DNA of 64,000 bases. Source: Thecamonas trahens ATCC 50062 (taxonomy: Eukaryota; Protista; Apusomonadida). The notes under the pieces were generated by a model. The model did no database searches, had not been told where the DNA came from, and saw only the letters and a program-made list of their open reading frames with translations. Shown piece after piece: positions 25,263 through 36,475 of the stretch. Numbering within the stretch: the stretch's first letter is position 1; the number at the start of each line of letters is the position of its first letter. The stretch lies in assembly GCF_000142905.1 (NCBI RefSeq), contig NW_013657630.1, positions 16,832-80,831 of the forward strand, read 5' to 3'. Both the position numbers and the translations under genes were made by a program.

Positions 25263-25380
25263 GGCTCTCGCTCGCGCCAGCACGCTTCTCTTCGGCTCAA
25301 TCGGAGAGAGGCGTGCGCCGCTTCGGCCTTCACTCCCGCGTCACCACTATGATACAGTTTATGGGCTCGCCAGCACTGCG

Positions 25381-28300
25381 CTACGGCTGGTATCCCATGA
25401 TCTTGCGATACGCGGCCTCTTCCTTCCACGTGAGGCGGTCCTTGGACCAATCGGCCGACGAGGTGCGCTTGGTGAACCGCCGCCGCGGCTGGTAGCCCTT
25501 GAACACCAGCTCGAGGTCGCATCCGATGACGTGCTCGGTGAAGATCGAGTCCGGATCGAGCCCGGTCTGCCGCTCCAGCGCCGCCGCCAGATTGTCCGAC
25601 TGCGCCCACGTCGGGATCGGTCCAAGCTCGGGACCCTCATCGTCCGAGTCGTCGTTGTCAGAAGGCGCGCGAAGGCCCGAGATGTCGACCGAGGTGAATT
25701 CGGCTGGGGCCTTGGCCACAGCCTTGGCCGGCGCAGCCGCCGGTGCTGCTGACGAAGCCGTTGTCGAATTGCCGCCGCCCGACAGCCGCTCGACCTCTTC
25801 ATCCTTGGCCGCCAGCTGGGCTTTGAGCCGGTCAAGCTCCTTTTGGAACGCCTCGCGCTCGCGAGTCTTCTCAGCCTCGAGCCGCTCGCGCTCGCGGCGG
25901 GCCTCGGCCTCCTTGGCGTCGAGTTCGGCCTGCAGCGCCTTGGCCGCCTCCTCCCGCTTGCGAAGCTCCTGTTGGATCAGCTTCTTCTTACGGGCCTTGG
26001 CCTCGGCCCGCGCCCGCGCGTCCGCCCGCGCCTTGGCTTCGGCCCGCGCCTTCTTACGCGCCCGCGCCGCAGCCTCGGCAAGCCGGCTCTCTTCGTCTTC
26101 CATCTGCAGCGCTGCCATGCGCGCGGCCACGCGCTTCTTGCGCTCGCGACGCTCGGCAGCTTTCGCCTCGGCCTCGGCGTCGGCAGCAGCCTTGACCGGA
26201 TCCGCCGGTGCCGCCGGCGCTGCAAATAGCGAAAACGATGTCGACGCCACGCCCGAGGTGTTCGCCACCTGTCGTGACGCCATCACCTCGTCAACCAGTC
26301 GCGCCGCCCGCAGCGACTCATCCATCGCGGCGGTAAACGACGCGTCGTTGGCCACAAACGACGACGAGAAAGAAGTCGACGCATCGCCACTCGACCCGCC
26401 GCCCGGCGTCATGATCATTGAATTGCCGCCAGCCGGGCCCGGCGTCTTGGACGACTTGACCGCTGTCCGCAGGCTCTTGATCTTGGCCCGGACAAGTGAG
26501 AGCCGCGACCGCGCCTTCTCGGTCCCACCCTCACCACTCTCGCCGCCGACCATGCTCTCGTTGCTCTTGCCAACCAGCGGTGACGAGAATGAGACATCGA
26601 GCGCCGACGACGTGTCTGCGCTGCGCTCTGCCGCACCCGCGCCCGAGCCCGAGCCCGAGCCCGAGCCCGTGGACGTCGTCGACGAGTTAAGAGAGATGTC
26701 GAGCGCAGAGTCGGCGCTGGCAATCGCCTCGGCTGCGTCGCGGACCACAGACTCGGTGCTCGCGTCAACAGCAGGCGCCGCCACCGGTGCAGGATGTGCC
26801 GCCGCTGATGGCCGCTCGGGCGAAAACGCGAGCGCCTTTGCCGGCGCCGGCGACGCAACCTCGGACCACGCCGCCATCGCCTGCTGCATCTTGGTCAAGG
26901 TCGCGTGACGCTCCGACAACGGCGTGTCGCGCTGCTGGGGTCCAAGCGGCGTCGCGGGTGACGCTGTCAAGTTCATCGACGTGTTCGGCGTGGCAAACAT
27001 GGCAGAGCTCGAGCTGGCCGAGCTCTCATTGAGCACATCGACCTCGCCCGCCTCTTCGGCCTCTGCCGCCACCTCGGACATCATCGAGTCTGCGACCGAC
27101 GACCGCATCGAGTCATGCGCATCCTCAAAGACTTCGGTCTCGGCCTCGGCCTCAGCAGCCGCAGCAGCCTCGGCCTCAGCAGCCGCAGCAGCCTCGGCCT
27201 CAGCAGCTGCCTTTGCCTCGGCCTCAGCAGCCGCAGCAGCCTCAGCCTCAGCAGCTGCCTTTGCCTCGGCCTCAGCAGCCGCAGCAGCCTCGGCCTCAGC
27301 AGCTGCCTTTGCCTCGGCAGCAGCAGCCGCAGCAGCCTCAGCAATACGCTCAGCCTCGGCAGCAGCCTCGGCAGCCACGCGCTCCGCCTCCTCGGCAGCA
27401 AGGCGCTCCGCCTCAGCCTCGGCAGCGGCCTTCTCGGCCGCAAGTCGCTCGACCTCGGCCGCAGCAGCCGCAGCCGCAGCCGCAGCCCGTGCCTCGGCCT
27501 CGGCCTTGGCCTCGCGCTCCGAAATAGCCCACAGCGCGTCTTCGATCCACTGGTGCAGGCCAGACGCACCCGAGCCGACAGCCTGGGCACCACGGATGAG
27601 CGCCAGCTTGGCCTTGGCCACCTTGAGCTTGGCCTCAGCCTCGGCCTGCTCGGCAGCGGCACGCGCCGCCTCGGCCCGCTCCGCCGCCGCCTTCTCGGCT
27701 GCTGCCTTTTCGGCCGCAAGCCGCGCCGCTTCAGCCTCCCGCTCCATCTCCGACAGCTTGGCCATGCGTGCCTCGTGCGCGGACGCCTTGAGCGCGCCCA
27801 GTACGCCGCCGACACCCATCGCAGCAGAGACCAAGGCGAGGCGGGTCTCGGCGTCTTCAGCGTCCTCGCGCTGGATACGGAGCGTAGCCCGCCCGCTGCT
27901 GAGCACGCCTCCAACCGACCGCGCGAGGTCGCGTACGAGGCAACCGACCGCGGCGACACGTGCCTTTTGCTGCCGCTCCCGGACAACGCTGATGGCACCG
28001 CTTGCACTGCTGATGGCACCGGCAACCGACCACGCCCCAGCCGCCAGCGCCGCCTTGGCCTCGGCCGCAGCTTCAGCCGCCAGCCGGGCCTCCTCCATTC
28101 GAGCCTCCATTGCCAGCCGTGCCTCCTCCATCTTTCGCCGCAGCTTCTCGGCCTTTTCCTCACGCACAGCAACAATGGTTCCCGACGATGCCGCCAAGAG
28201 TGAGGCGAAGCACCGAATGCCAGCAGCCATTTCGGCGCCAGTCTTTGCCGCTGCAGCTGCAGACTTGGCCTCGGCCGCACGGACACGGCCGAGCCCGGAA

Positions 28301-30110
28301 CCGGCTCCAACAATCGCCGCGCCGACTCCAGTAGCGAGGCCCGCGAGAGCGGTCTTGGCCTCGTCTGCAGCCGCGACAGCCTTGGCCTCTGCTTCGCGAT
28401 TTGCGCTCAGCGCCGCGCTCATAGAGCCCAAAAGCTGGCCGAGCGCCTGCGAGCCGGAGCAGAGCGTATCCATCGCGTTGGCCTTGGCAGCAGCCCGCGA
28501 CGCCTCAATCACACCGCCGACGTCACTCATCAAGCCGCTATAGTGACGCGCGCCAGCGGCGAATGCAGACTTGGCGGCGGCAGTCCGCTGTGTGCGAACA
28601 CTCTCGCACGCCATCGTCGAGAGGGCGCCTACAAGGCGCGCACCACCGACGAGGCTCGCGACAGCTTCGTTCTTAGCACGAATATCGGCAGCAACCTGGT
28701 TCGACGCCGCAATCGACGCGCCGACAGCGCGGGCGCCGGCACGGAGCTTGAAGCACATCAGCGTGACCTGGTCGGCCCGCGAGGCCGCGAGCTCCTCGCG
28801 GGCGCTCTCGACAAGTCCGGTTAGCCTGGCCGCTGCCCGGCCTGCAGCACCTGCACCGGTCACTAGAGCGGCCTTGGCCTCGGCGACGTCACGGGCTGTC
28901 GTGACATGTGCCGTGACTTTCGAGGCGAGGCCACCGACAAACTGTGCGGCAACCCGAAGTGCTGCCTCGGCCTCGCTCGCCTCCCGCCGGGTGTGCACGA
29001 TCTGAGCAACAGCGGCAGCTGCCGGCGCAGCTGCATTTGCCGCCTCACGAAGCGCGACCTTGCCGCGGGCAGCCTTGACTGCAGAAACCGATTCGGTCGC
29101 CGCGAGCCCGACGACAACCGCGGCGCTGACAAGTGCGGCCTTGGCCTCTGTCACCTTGCTCTCCACTTCCTTGATGTCGGCAGCTGCCTCTGCCGATGTG
29201 GCGCGCGTCACCGCATCGCCCTCGATTGACGCCCGCGCCCGCTTGACCGCCACATCGGCATCGAGCCGAGCCTCGGCCTCGTCGTCCTCGGATTCGTGCC
29301 CGCCACGCTTCCGCGAAGCCATAGGCGACTCGCCGCGGCCATCAAGCTCGAACTCGGGAAGCGGATCGCCGCAGAAGCCAGAGTCATCTCCAAACGCCAC
29401 CGAGTCCAACCCAAGAGCGGCCCAGGTGTCGGTATCGCCGGAAACGGCCGGCAAATCCGCCTCGGCATCTGGCTCAGCCTCAGCCTCAGCCTCAGCCTCG
29501 GGTGTGAGCGGCTTGCGGCGCTTGGCCCGCCCACGGCCCGAATCCTCCGATACGTCGCCATCGTCGTTGGCCTCGGCTTCGGACAGCTGCTTGCTGGCCG
29601 AGTTGGACGAGGCGCGGCTGGAGTTGGCGCGGACGGGAGCCGGCGAGTTTTCCTTGTCATCAGGCATGGCCTCAAAAATGGCCTTGAGGGCCATGGCGGG
29701 CTTCTTACGCTTCCTGCTCTCACGAATGGTCTCGCGCTTGATGCGGACCGAGGGCGTCTGCGGGAGGCCGGCCATGTTGCCGCTGTCGCGCGCCGCCAGC
29801 CGACCAAAATGCGTTCAAATTTAGTGGCGCCAAAGCCGGCGCGCGCGCGGACAAGACGGGCACAGGCAAGCCAAAGGCACCAGCCACAGAGACAAGAGTG
29901 AGTATGGTATGTCGTGTGGGAACAAAGTATATGGGGGGTGGGTATGGGGGTGAGATAGTGGACGTACCTCATGTATGACGCGGTGGCGACCTGAGCAATC
30001 TCGGCCAGCCACTCCATGTTCTCCTTGCCCAGGGCGCGGACAGCCTGCAGCTGGGTCTCACAGGCATCCACGAGCGCAGCCTCGGCCCGCCGTACATACG
30101 ACTCGGCCAT
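25381..30110 (-). CDS. INCENP: Inner centromere protein INCENP (about 1510 aa)
   Basis: Exon 1 is 30110-29968 (N-terminal helix ENMEWLAEI), intron 29967-29783, then LPQTPS. SAH-like E/A/K/R helix and C-terminal IN-box IPTWAQSDNLAAAL..Q..DPDSIF....CDLELVF...RRFTKRTSSADWSKD. Confidence 0.88.
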
Positions 30111-30263
30111 TGTGGTGTTGGGCTGGATGGACCCTGGCTGATGAGAGAGAAGAGTGTCCTGACAACCCAAAGTCGTCGTTCTGTTGTGGCCACCGCAAGC
30201 CGGCGCGCACTGTCCGCCACCGCACCATTGATCAATCAAACGTCCATTAATCGTCCCCGCACA

Positions 30264-30458
30264 CACCAACCATTAATCATACACCCCACCAACCATTAAT
30301 CATACACCCCCACCAACCATTAATCATACACCCCCACCAACCATTAATCATACACCCCCACCAACCATTAATCATACACCCCCACCAACCATTAATCATA
30401 CACCCCCACCAACCATTAATCATACACCCCCACCAACCATTAATCATACACCCCCTCT
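30264..30458. repeat. 24-bp minisatellite (caccaaccattaatcatacacccc)n, about 8 copies, running into a gap
   Basis: Direct tandem repeats with a period of 23-24 bp; one degenerate copy at about 30244. Confidence 0.95.
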
Positions 30459-31028
30459 NNNNNNNNNNNNNNNNNNNNNNNNNNNNNNNNNNNNNNNNNN
30501 NNNNNNNNNNNNNNNNNNNNNNNNNNNNNNNNNNNNNNNNNNNNNNNNNNNNNNNNNNNNNNNNNNNNNNNNNNNNNNNNNNNNNNNNNNNNNNNNNNNN
30601 NNNNNNNNNNNNNNNNNNNNNNNNNNNNNNNNNNNNNNNNNNNNNNNNNNNNNNNNNNNNNNNNNNNNNNNNNNNNNNNNNNNNNNNNNNNNNNNNNNNN
30701 NNNNNNNNNNNNNNNNNNNNNNNNNNNNNNNNNNNNNNNNNNNNNNNNNNNNNNNNNNNNNNNNNNNNNNNNNNNNNNNNNNNNNNNNNNNNNNNNNNNN
30801 NNNNNNNNNNNNNNNNNNNNNNNNNNNNNNNNNNNNNNNNNNNNNNNNNNNNNNNNNNNNNNNCCCCCCCCCTTCCCCCGAAAAAACTCACCATCAATCG
30901 AACGTTCGTTCAATCATAGTTCTCGCCAGTCGCACATACTCCCCCCCCCACCACACACACACGCACCACCCTCCAACACACACACTCTCTCACACACACA
31001 CACACTCTCTCTCTCTCTCTCTCCCACT

Positions 31029-34001
31029 ATGTCCTACCAACCCCCTCCCAAACCGGCCCCTCCTCCCCGGCCAGCCAAGCCACCTGTGCCCGAGCCGCCG
31101 ACCTCGTCCGGTCTCCCGCCGCCACCGCTGCCTCCGCCGGCACACTCGCCTGCGCCACCCATGCCCGCACCGCTGCACCCTGCCGGGAACCGCGGCCATG
31201 CCGGATCGGCACCCGGGCCTGCCCTCCCTCCTCCGCCGCCGGTACTTGCGCTCGATGCGACAGGGGTCGACGAGGCGTACTACGACAACCTCGAGGACGA
31301 CGTCAACGATGACGACGACGACGACGACGACGACAACTACGATGATGATGACGATGATGATGACGATGACGTCGACGAAGAGGAAGAGCTGCGGAGGCGC
31401 AGGGCTACCGGCCGATCTGACGATGGCCTCTTCGGCAATGTCCTCTCCGAGCTGATCAAGGCCCGCGTGCCCGGACGGAGGCAGTCGGGCAGGTCTCGCA
31501 GCGGACGGACGCTGCCGTCGACGCCTGGTGAGCCGTCCCGGCTCTCATCGTCGTCAATGGCTGCTGCAGCTGCCGCACGGGCGGCAGGTCCAGTCAGAGG
31601 CGGTGGGAACGGCTCTCCGCGTCGGCTCGCCCACGATGGCTCGCTCACTACGCCGTCGGGCTCGCCGCGCTCCAAGCGGGCGTCGCTGGCGGCAGACGAC
31701 TCGCTGACCGAGGGCATTTCGTCGAACGACGACGAGACGGCCGAAGACTTCTCCGACGACGAATACTCGACCATGCTGGCGTATGGCCACTTTCAGTCGG
31801 CCAACGCGTCCAAGGACTCGTTCCGCTACGTCGCCAACACCCTCCTGCACTCGTCGCTCTCCATCGATGACCCGACGCTTCCGCCGCCGCTCCCGCCGCC
31901 AGCCGCCGCGCCTTCTAACCTCAGCACCCGCAGCCCGCCGCCGCCGCCGGCCGGCTCACTCGCCACCCCGGCAAGCCGCCAGGCCTACCGTGCCCAGCGC
32001 GCCTCGACCTCGGGCACCTTTGGCCTCCTGTCTGAGCGCCCCAAGAAGCCCGCCCGCCCGCCGCCGCGCCCGCCTAGCATGCCGTCGTCGCCCGCCTCAT
32101 CGCCGCCGGTCTCACCGTCATCGGGCTCGTTCCCCGCTCCGCCGCCGGCGCTCTCGACCCGTCCCCCGCCGGTCGGCCCGCGGGTCTCGTCGCAGCGCTC
32201 GTCAACGATAACCGCGCTCTCGCGGAGCGCGCCGCCGCTTCCGCGCTCGCGGCCGTCGTCGATGCCGCTCAAGGCCCGCATCGCCCCGCCGTCGTCGTCG
32301 CTCGGCAAGCGCATGTCCGCGCCCGTCGACTCCTTCCGCACCTCGACTCCGCCACCGCCCGCCCTCCTCCTCGCTCCGCTCCCGCTCGTCCCGCGGCTCG
32401 CGCCCGACACCCGCACCGCCCTCGAGTCGGCCCGCTCCCGCGGCAAGCCGTCGTCGTCGCGGTCCGGCACTGCGCCCGGTGGCTCCCAGTCGCCGCGCGG
32501 TAAGCGGTTCTCACGCGACCTCTCGACCCGCACGCCGCCGCCACCGCCGGCCCCAGCGCCTGCAACCGCCTCGCCGCCGCGGACCAAGCCACGGGTCTCG
32601 GTGCCGGGCGCCGACGCGCAAGCCAAGAAGACCAAGATGAACCTCGCTCGCGACATCAACCTTCTCGGCGCTGCTCGCGGCATTTTCGAGCCCGAGCCTG
32701 TTGCGGAAGAATACGTTGATCGGGCCGACCTCCGATGGATGACCGCCGACGAGCACATCGCCGCCTTTGGCGAGGGCTCGACCGAGATCCGCGAGATCGA
32801 CGCCGCCTCGCTCGCTGCCCTCGTGGAGCAGGCCACCCACAAGCGGTCGAACACCAAGCTCCAGATGCAGCTCCTCCTCTCGTACCCAGGCTACACCACA
32901 GCCCACGACCTGCTTGCTGCCATCATCGACCGCTACTGCATGGAAGTGCCGCTCGGCCGCGAGAAGGAGGTCATCCCGGTCCGGGTCCAGGCCTTCCACA
33001 TGCTCAAGCTCTGGCTCGCCGAGCGCCCGTTCGACTACACCGAAGACCCCAAGCTGGCCGACGCGCTCCGCGCCTTTTTCGACGGCACTCTCCCCTCGAT
33101 GGGCCTCGCCCGCACCGGCCAGGTCCTCAAGCGCTGCCTCGCAAAGACGCTCGAAACATACTGCGGTGACGGCCAGTCGCTCAAGGCCTCAGACATCCTC
33201 TCGGCCCACGCCATGATCAAGGCGCCCGCCGCCGCCACCATGGGCCTCGCCTGGACCGACATCTCGGACAAGATCCTCTCGGAGCAAGTTACCCTCTATG
33301 ATGTCGAGCTGTTCAAGAAGATTGGCGTCCGCGAGCTGTTCAACAAGGCCTGGTCCGACAAGCACCGCAAGCATGAGCGCGCGCCCAACGTGCTTGCCGT
33401 CATCTCATGGTTCAACCACTTTTCGTCGTGGATCATCACCCAGATCGTCTCCGAGACTTCGTTCAAGGCCCGCGTTAAGCTCGTCGCCCGCTTCATCACC
33501 CTCGGCAACCACTTCCGCGTCCTCAATAACCTCTCGGGCGTCATGGCCGTCGTCGCCGCTCTCAAAACCGCAGAGGTCAAGCGCCTCGCAAAGACCTGGG
33601 AAAAGATGTCGTCCGCCGACATGCTCCGCTTCGAAGCCCTCACCGACATCGTCTCCATGAAGAAGAACTACGCCAACATGCGCCGCATCGCGAACTCCAC
33701 CCCCGATGACGGCTTCTGCCTCCCCTACCTCGGCATGTACCTCTCAGACCTGACCTTTATGGAGGACGGCAATGTCGACACCGTCGACGACGGCCTCATC
33801 AACTTTCGCAAGTGGCGCGGTGTTGCCTCCATCATCGGCATCATCCAGCGCCATCAGAAGATGCAGTTCAACAAGCCTGTCCACACCGCCGTCCGCGCCT
33901 ACATCAAGACCGCCACCATCTTTGACGACGAGCGCGCCTACGAGGAGTCGCTCCTCCGCGAGCCGCGTAAGAAGAAGCGCAAGAAGGCTACCAAGAAGTA
34001 G
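31029..34001 (+). CDS. Ras-family GEF (Pro-rich disordered N-terminus, REM and CDC25 domains)
   Basis: REM LLLSYPGYTTAHDLL, HMLKLWL; CDC25 SEQVTLYD, WFNHFSSWI, LNNLSGVMAVVAAL, LPYLGMYLSDLTFMEDGN, INFRKWR, SLLREPR; polybasic C-terminal tail. Confidence 0.93.
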   Translation: MSYQPPPKPAPPPRPAKPPVPEPPTSSGLPPPPLPPPAHSPAPPMPAPLHPAGNRGHAGSAPGPALPPPPPVLALDATGVDEAYYDNLEDDVNDDDDDDDDDNYDDDDDDDDDDVDEEEELRRRRATGRSDDGLFGNVLSELIKARVPGRRQSGRSRSGRTLPSTPGEPSRLSSSSMAAAAAARAAGPVRGGGNGSPRRLAHDGSLTTPSGSPRSKRASLAADDSLTEGISSNDDETAEDFSDDEYSTMLAYGHFQSANASKDSFRYVANTLLHSSLSIDDPTLPPPLPPPAAAPSNLSTRSPPPPPAGSLATPASRQAYRAQRASTSGTFGLLSERPKKPARPPPRPPSMPSSPASSPPVSPSSGSFPAPPPALSTRPPPVGPRVSSQRSSTITALSRSAPPLPRSRPSSMPLKARIAPPSSSLGKRMSAPVDSFRTSTPPPPALLLAPLPLVPRLAPDTRTALESARSRGKPSSSRSGTAPGGSQSPRGKRFSRDLSTRTPPPPPAPAPATASPPRTKPRVSVPGADAQAKKTKMNLARDINLLGAARGIFEPEPVAEEYVDRADLRWMTADEHIAAFGEGSTEIREIDAASLAALVEQATHKRSNTKLQMQLLLSYPGYTTAHDLLAAIIDRYCMEVPLGREKEVIPVRVQAFHMLKLWLAERPFDYTEDPKLADALRAFFDGTLPSMGLARTGQVLKRCLAKTLETYCGDGQSLKASDILSAHAMIKAPAAATMGLAWTDISDKILSEQVTLYDVELFKKIGVRELFNKAWSDKHRKHERAPNVLAVISWFNHFSSWIITQIVSETSFKARVKLVARFITLGNHFRVLNNLSGVMAVVAALKTAEVKRLAKTWEKMSSADMLRFEALTDIVSMKKNYANMRRIANSTPDDGFCLPYLGMYLSDLTFMEDGNVDTVDDGLINFRKWRGVASIIGIIQRHQKMQFNKPVHTAVRAYIKTATIFDDERAYEESLLREPRKKKRKKATKK

Positions 34002-34251
34002 TTTGCGCCCCTCCCGTACTCAATCTCTCTCTCTCCACCCCCCTTTCTCCGTCCCCTTCGCTTGCTCGCGATCTCCTGCGTTGGGGTTTTTGCTTCACAA
34101 ACTACATCAGACGTCGCTCGCGACATCGTCATCATCATACACCCTCCCTCCCTCCAGAGCCTTGCAGTGCATCTGCTGCCACCGCACCCTCACACTCGAC
34201 GCCCATACATACCGGGGTGGAGCGCAAGAGCCAAAGGCGGTGGCAAGACCA

Positions 34252-35597
34252 TCATGCCTTTTGCCGCAGCGCCGTCGTGGTGAACGACGCCAAGTAGTTG
34301 CGGTAGTTGACCTTGACAAAGGCGGCGAGAGCCTCGACGGCGGCGGCAAACGATCCTACGTTGCGCTCCTCGCCGGGCCGCGGGAAACGCCCGCTGAGCA
34401 TCGCGCACCGGGCCCGCTTCACAGTCCAGTTCTGCAGCGCCCGCGAGACCGACTTGTGGTTCTTGACGTGCATCAGCTTGGCCGCCCGCGTCTGCGTCAG
34501 CCCCGTGTGGTTCATCAGCAGATACCACGCCAGCTGCCGCGCGAGATGCACCAGCGGCTTCTTGGACGTCGACCGGACCACGTCCGTCGTCATGCCAAAG
34601 CCGCCGGCCACAGCCTGCACAATCGTCCGCACCAGCGGCTTGGCCGCGCTCAGCGAGTCACCACCGCCACCGCCCGCCCACTGCAGACCTGCGAGTCCGA
34701 ATCCAGGTCTCCAATCGGGGCGATGCGCTTGCGCGAGAGGTTGGCCACCACCGCCGTTTCAGGCGCAGCAGCCTCCTCCTCACCATGATCATCGCCATCG
34801 CCATCGCCATCGCCAGCCTCGCCGAGGTCGAGCTTCCGGTTGCGTGCCCGTGGCGACGCCGACGGCGGCGATGAGCTGACAGCCCGCGGCGATGGGCCGC
34901 GCGACTGCGCCGGCGAGCTTGCCGAGCTGCCCGAGCGCTGCGACGAGACCGACCGCCGCGACGAGGGCGACCGCCGTGACCGAGTCAAGCATGCCTCGGG
35001 ACTGGGTGTCCGCCCGGTCGGCGTCTGGGGCGACGCAAGCAGGCGCGACGCAAGCAGGAGCGAGTCAAAGCCCGACGGCGAGAGCGGCGGGTCGGGCGAG
35101 GCCGGAGGTTGGCGGCGGCGGCGGCGGAAGGACGACGATGATGACGACGACGGCGGCGGCGGCGATGTGTGGCCCGACGGCGAGGCGAGGACGGCCTGGC
35201 GCTTGTTGGCCGGCCCGCCACAGGCATACTCATAGCCCAGGCCGGCACCAGAGTCACCCCGTCCGCGCTTGCGTCCGCTCTTCCCCGCCCCTTCCGCTTC
35301 CCTCCGGGGGCTGCCGGCAGGAAAAGACCGTGCGTGGCCCGGGCGGCAATGGATAGCGCTGCCGGTGGCGGTAGATTCTACCGCCAAACCGGAGTGGCTG
35401 CCGGCCGGGCGGCACTTTGTAGAATCTACGCTCGAGCCGCCAGCCGAGCTCGCCGGCTGGCGGAAGACAATGGGGCCAGACAGCTCGAGGCAGCTTGGGT
35501 TTCGGCTAAGGGTAGCTCTAGTGTATGTGGGTGTGCTCCGCATGGTGGGACTGGTGCCACTCGCCTGGAGCACTGGCAGAGCTGTCGTCCGTCCCAT
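34252..35597 (-). CDS. Putative DNA-binding protein: Ser/Pro-rich disordered N-terminus plus C-terminal DnaA domain IV (Bac_DnaA_C)-like helix-turn-helix
   Basis: ORFs 34650-35597 and 34252-34632 join after +1 G at 34677-34679. IVQAVAGGFGMTTDVVRS....VHLARQLAWYLLMNHTGLT........KNHKSVSRA aligns without gaps to DnaA domain IV. Confidence 0.72.
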
Positions 35598-36475
35598 GCC
35601 GTCACTCGCTGGCCGCTGCGTGGGTCAAGTGCTCCCGCCGCTCCGCCCACCAATCGATTTTGCCGCTGCCTGTTTTTGTGGGACATTTGCGCTGCCTCCT
35701 TTCTCGCCTGCTTCCTGCCGCCGGTCCAGAACCACGGCCCAAGGCCATGGAATGCGGCATCCACTTCTAGATCTCCCTTCGCAAGCCTTGACGGCCCCTC
35801 CTCGCCCCTCCAATATCAGTATCCTCTTCGACACATGTCATGTCTCTCGCTGCACTTGTCCTGCCAGCGGCCTTTGAGGGCGAGCGACAGCGATCAAAGC
35901 AAGAGAGACACAATCTGACGCCATCACATCGTTGCAGAGGCTATAGCGTAGCTTGAGTTGAAAAATCTTCTCGTTGCGACAAGCTCTGCCATGCCTACAG
36001 TCCTAGACGCGTAAGCGGTTTGCCGTCTCAGAAAAGCCGATCACGAATTGCACAAAGTGCGCCAATCGCCACTTCATTTTGGCGCCATTTCCACCCTCGT
36101 CCCCTGCTTCACCCCCATCTACGCACCAACCACCCCTCTCCGCCCCCCCCCCCTCCACACACAGCTGGCCAGCATGCTCACACTACGGGACAATCAGATC
36201 TCATCTCCGCCCGCGATCTCGAGCCATCTGCGGCTCTACCGTTCCAATCGCACCGAGGCAATCAAGAAAATGACGAGTGACTGCGCATGGCATGGAGGGA
36301 GGTAAAGTTGGCCCACTGGCGTCTTCAACCCCCCCTGGTACGCGGAAGGTGGCCCTGATTTCAACAGCGTTCCGGCTACAGAATTTGATTGGCTTGCACT
36401 ACGTCTGTACGCGGTGGTGTCGTTGTGGGTGAGACAGAGATGCCTGTGGCCGGCGTGCGTGTTTGACCGCGGTCA

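Noticed and set aside
30264-30458. Possible CRISPR array or telomeric repeat
   Set aside because: Units are contiguous with no spacers, no cas genes are present, and the unit is not TTAGGG-like.
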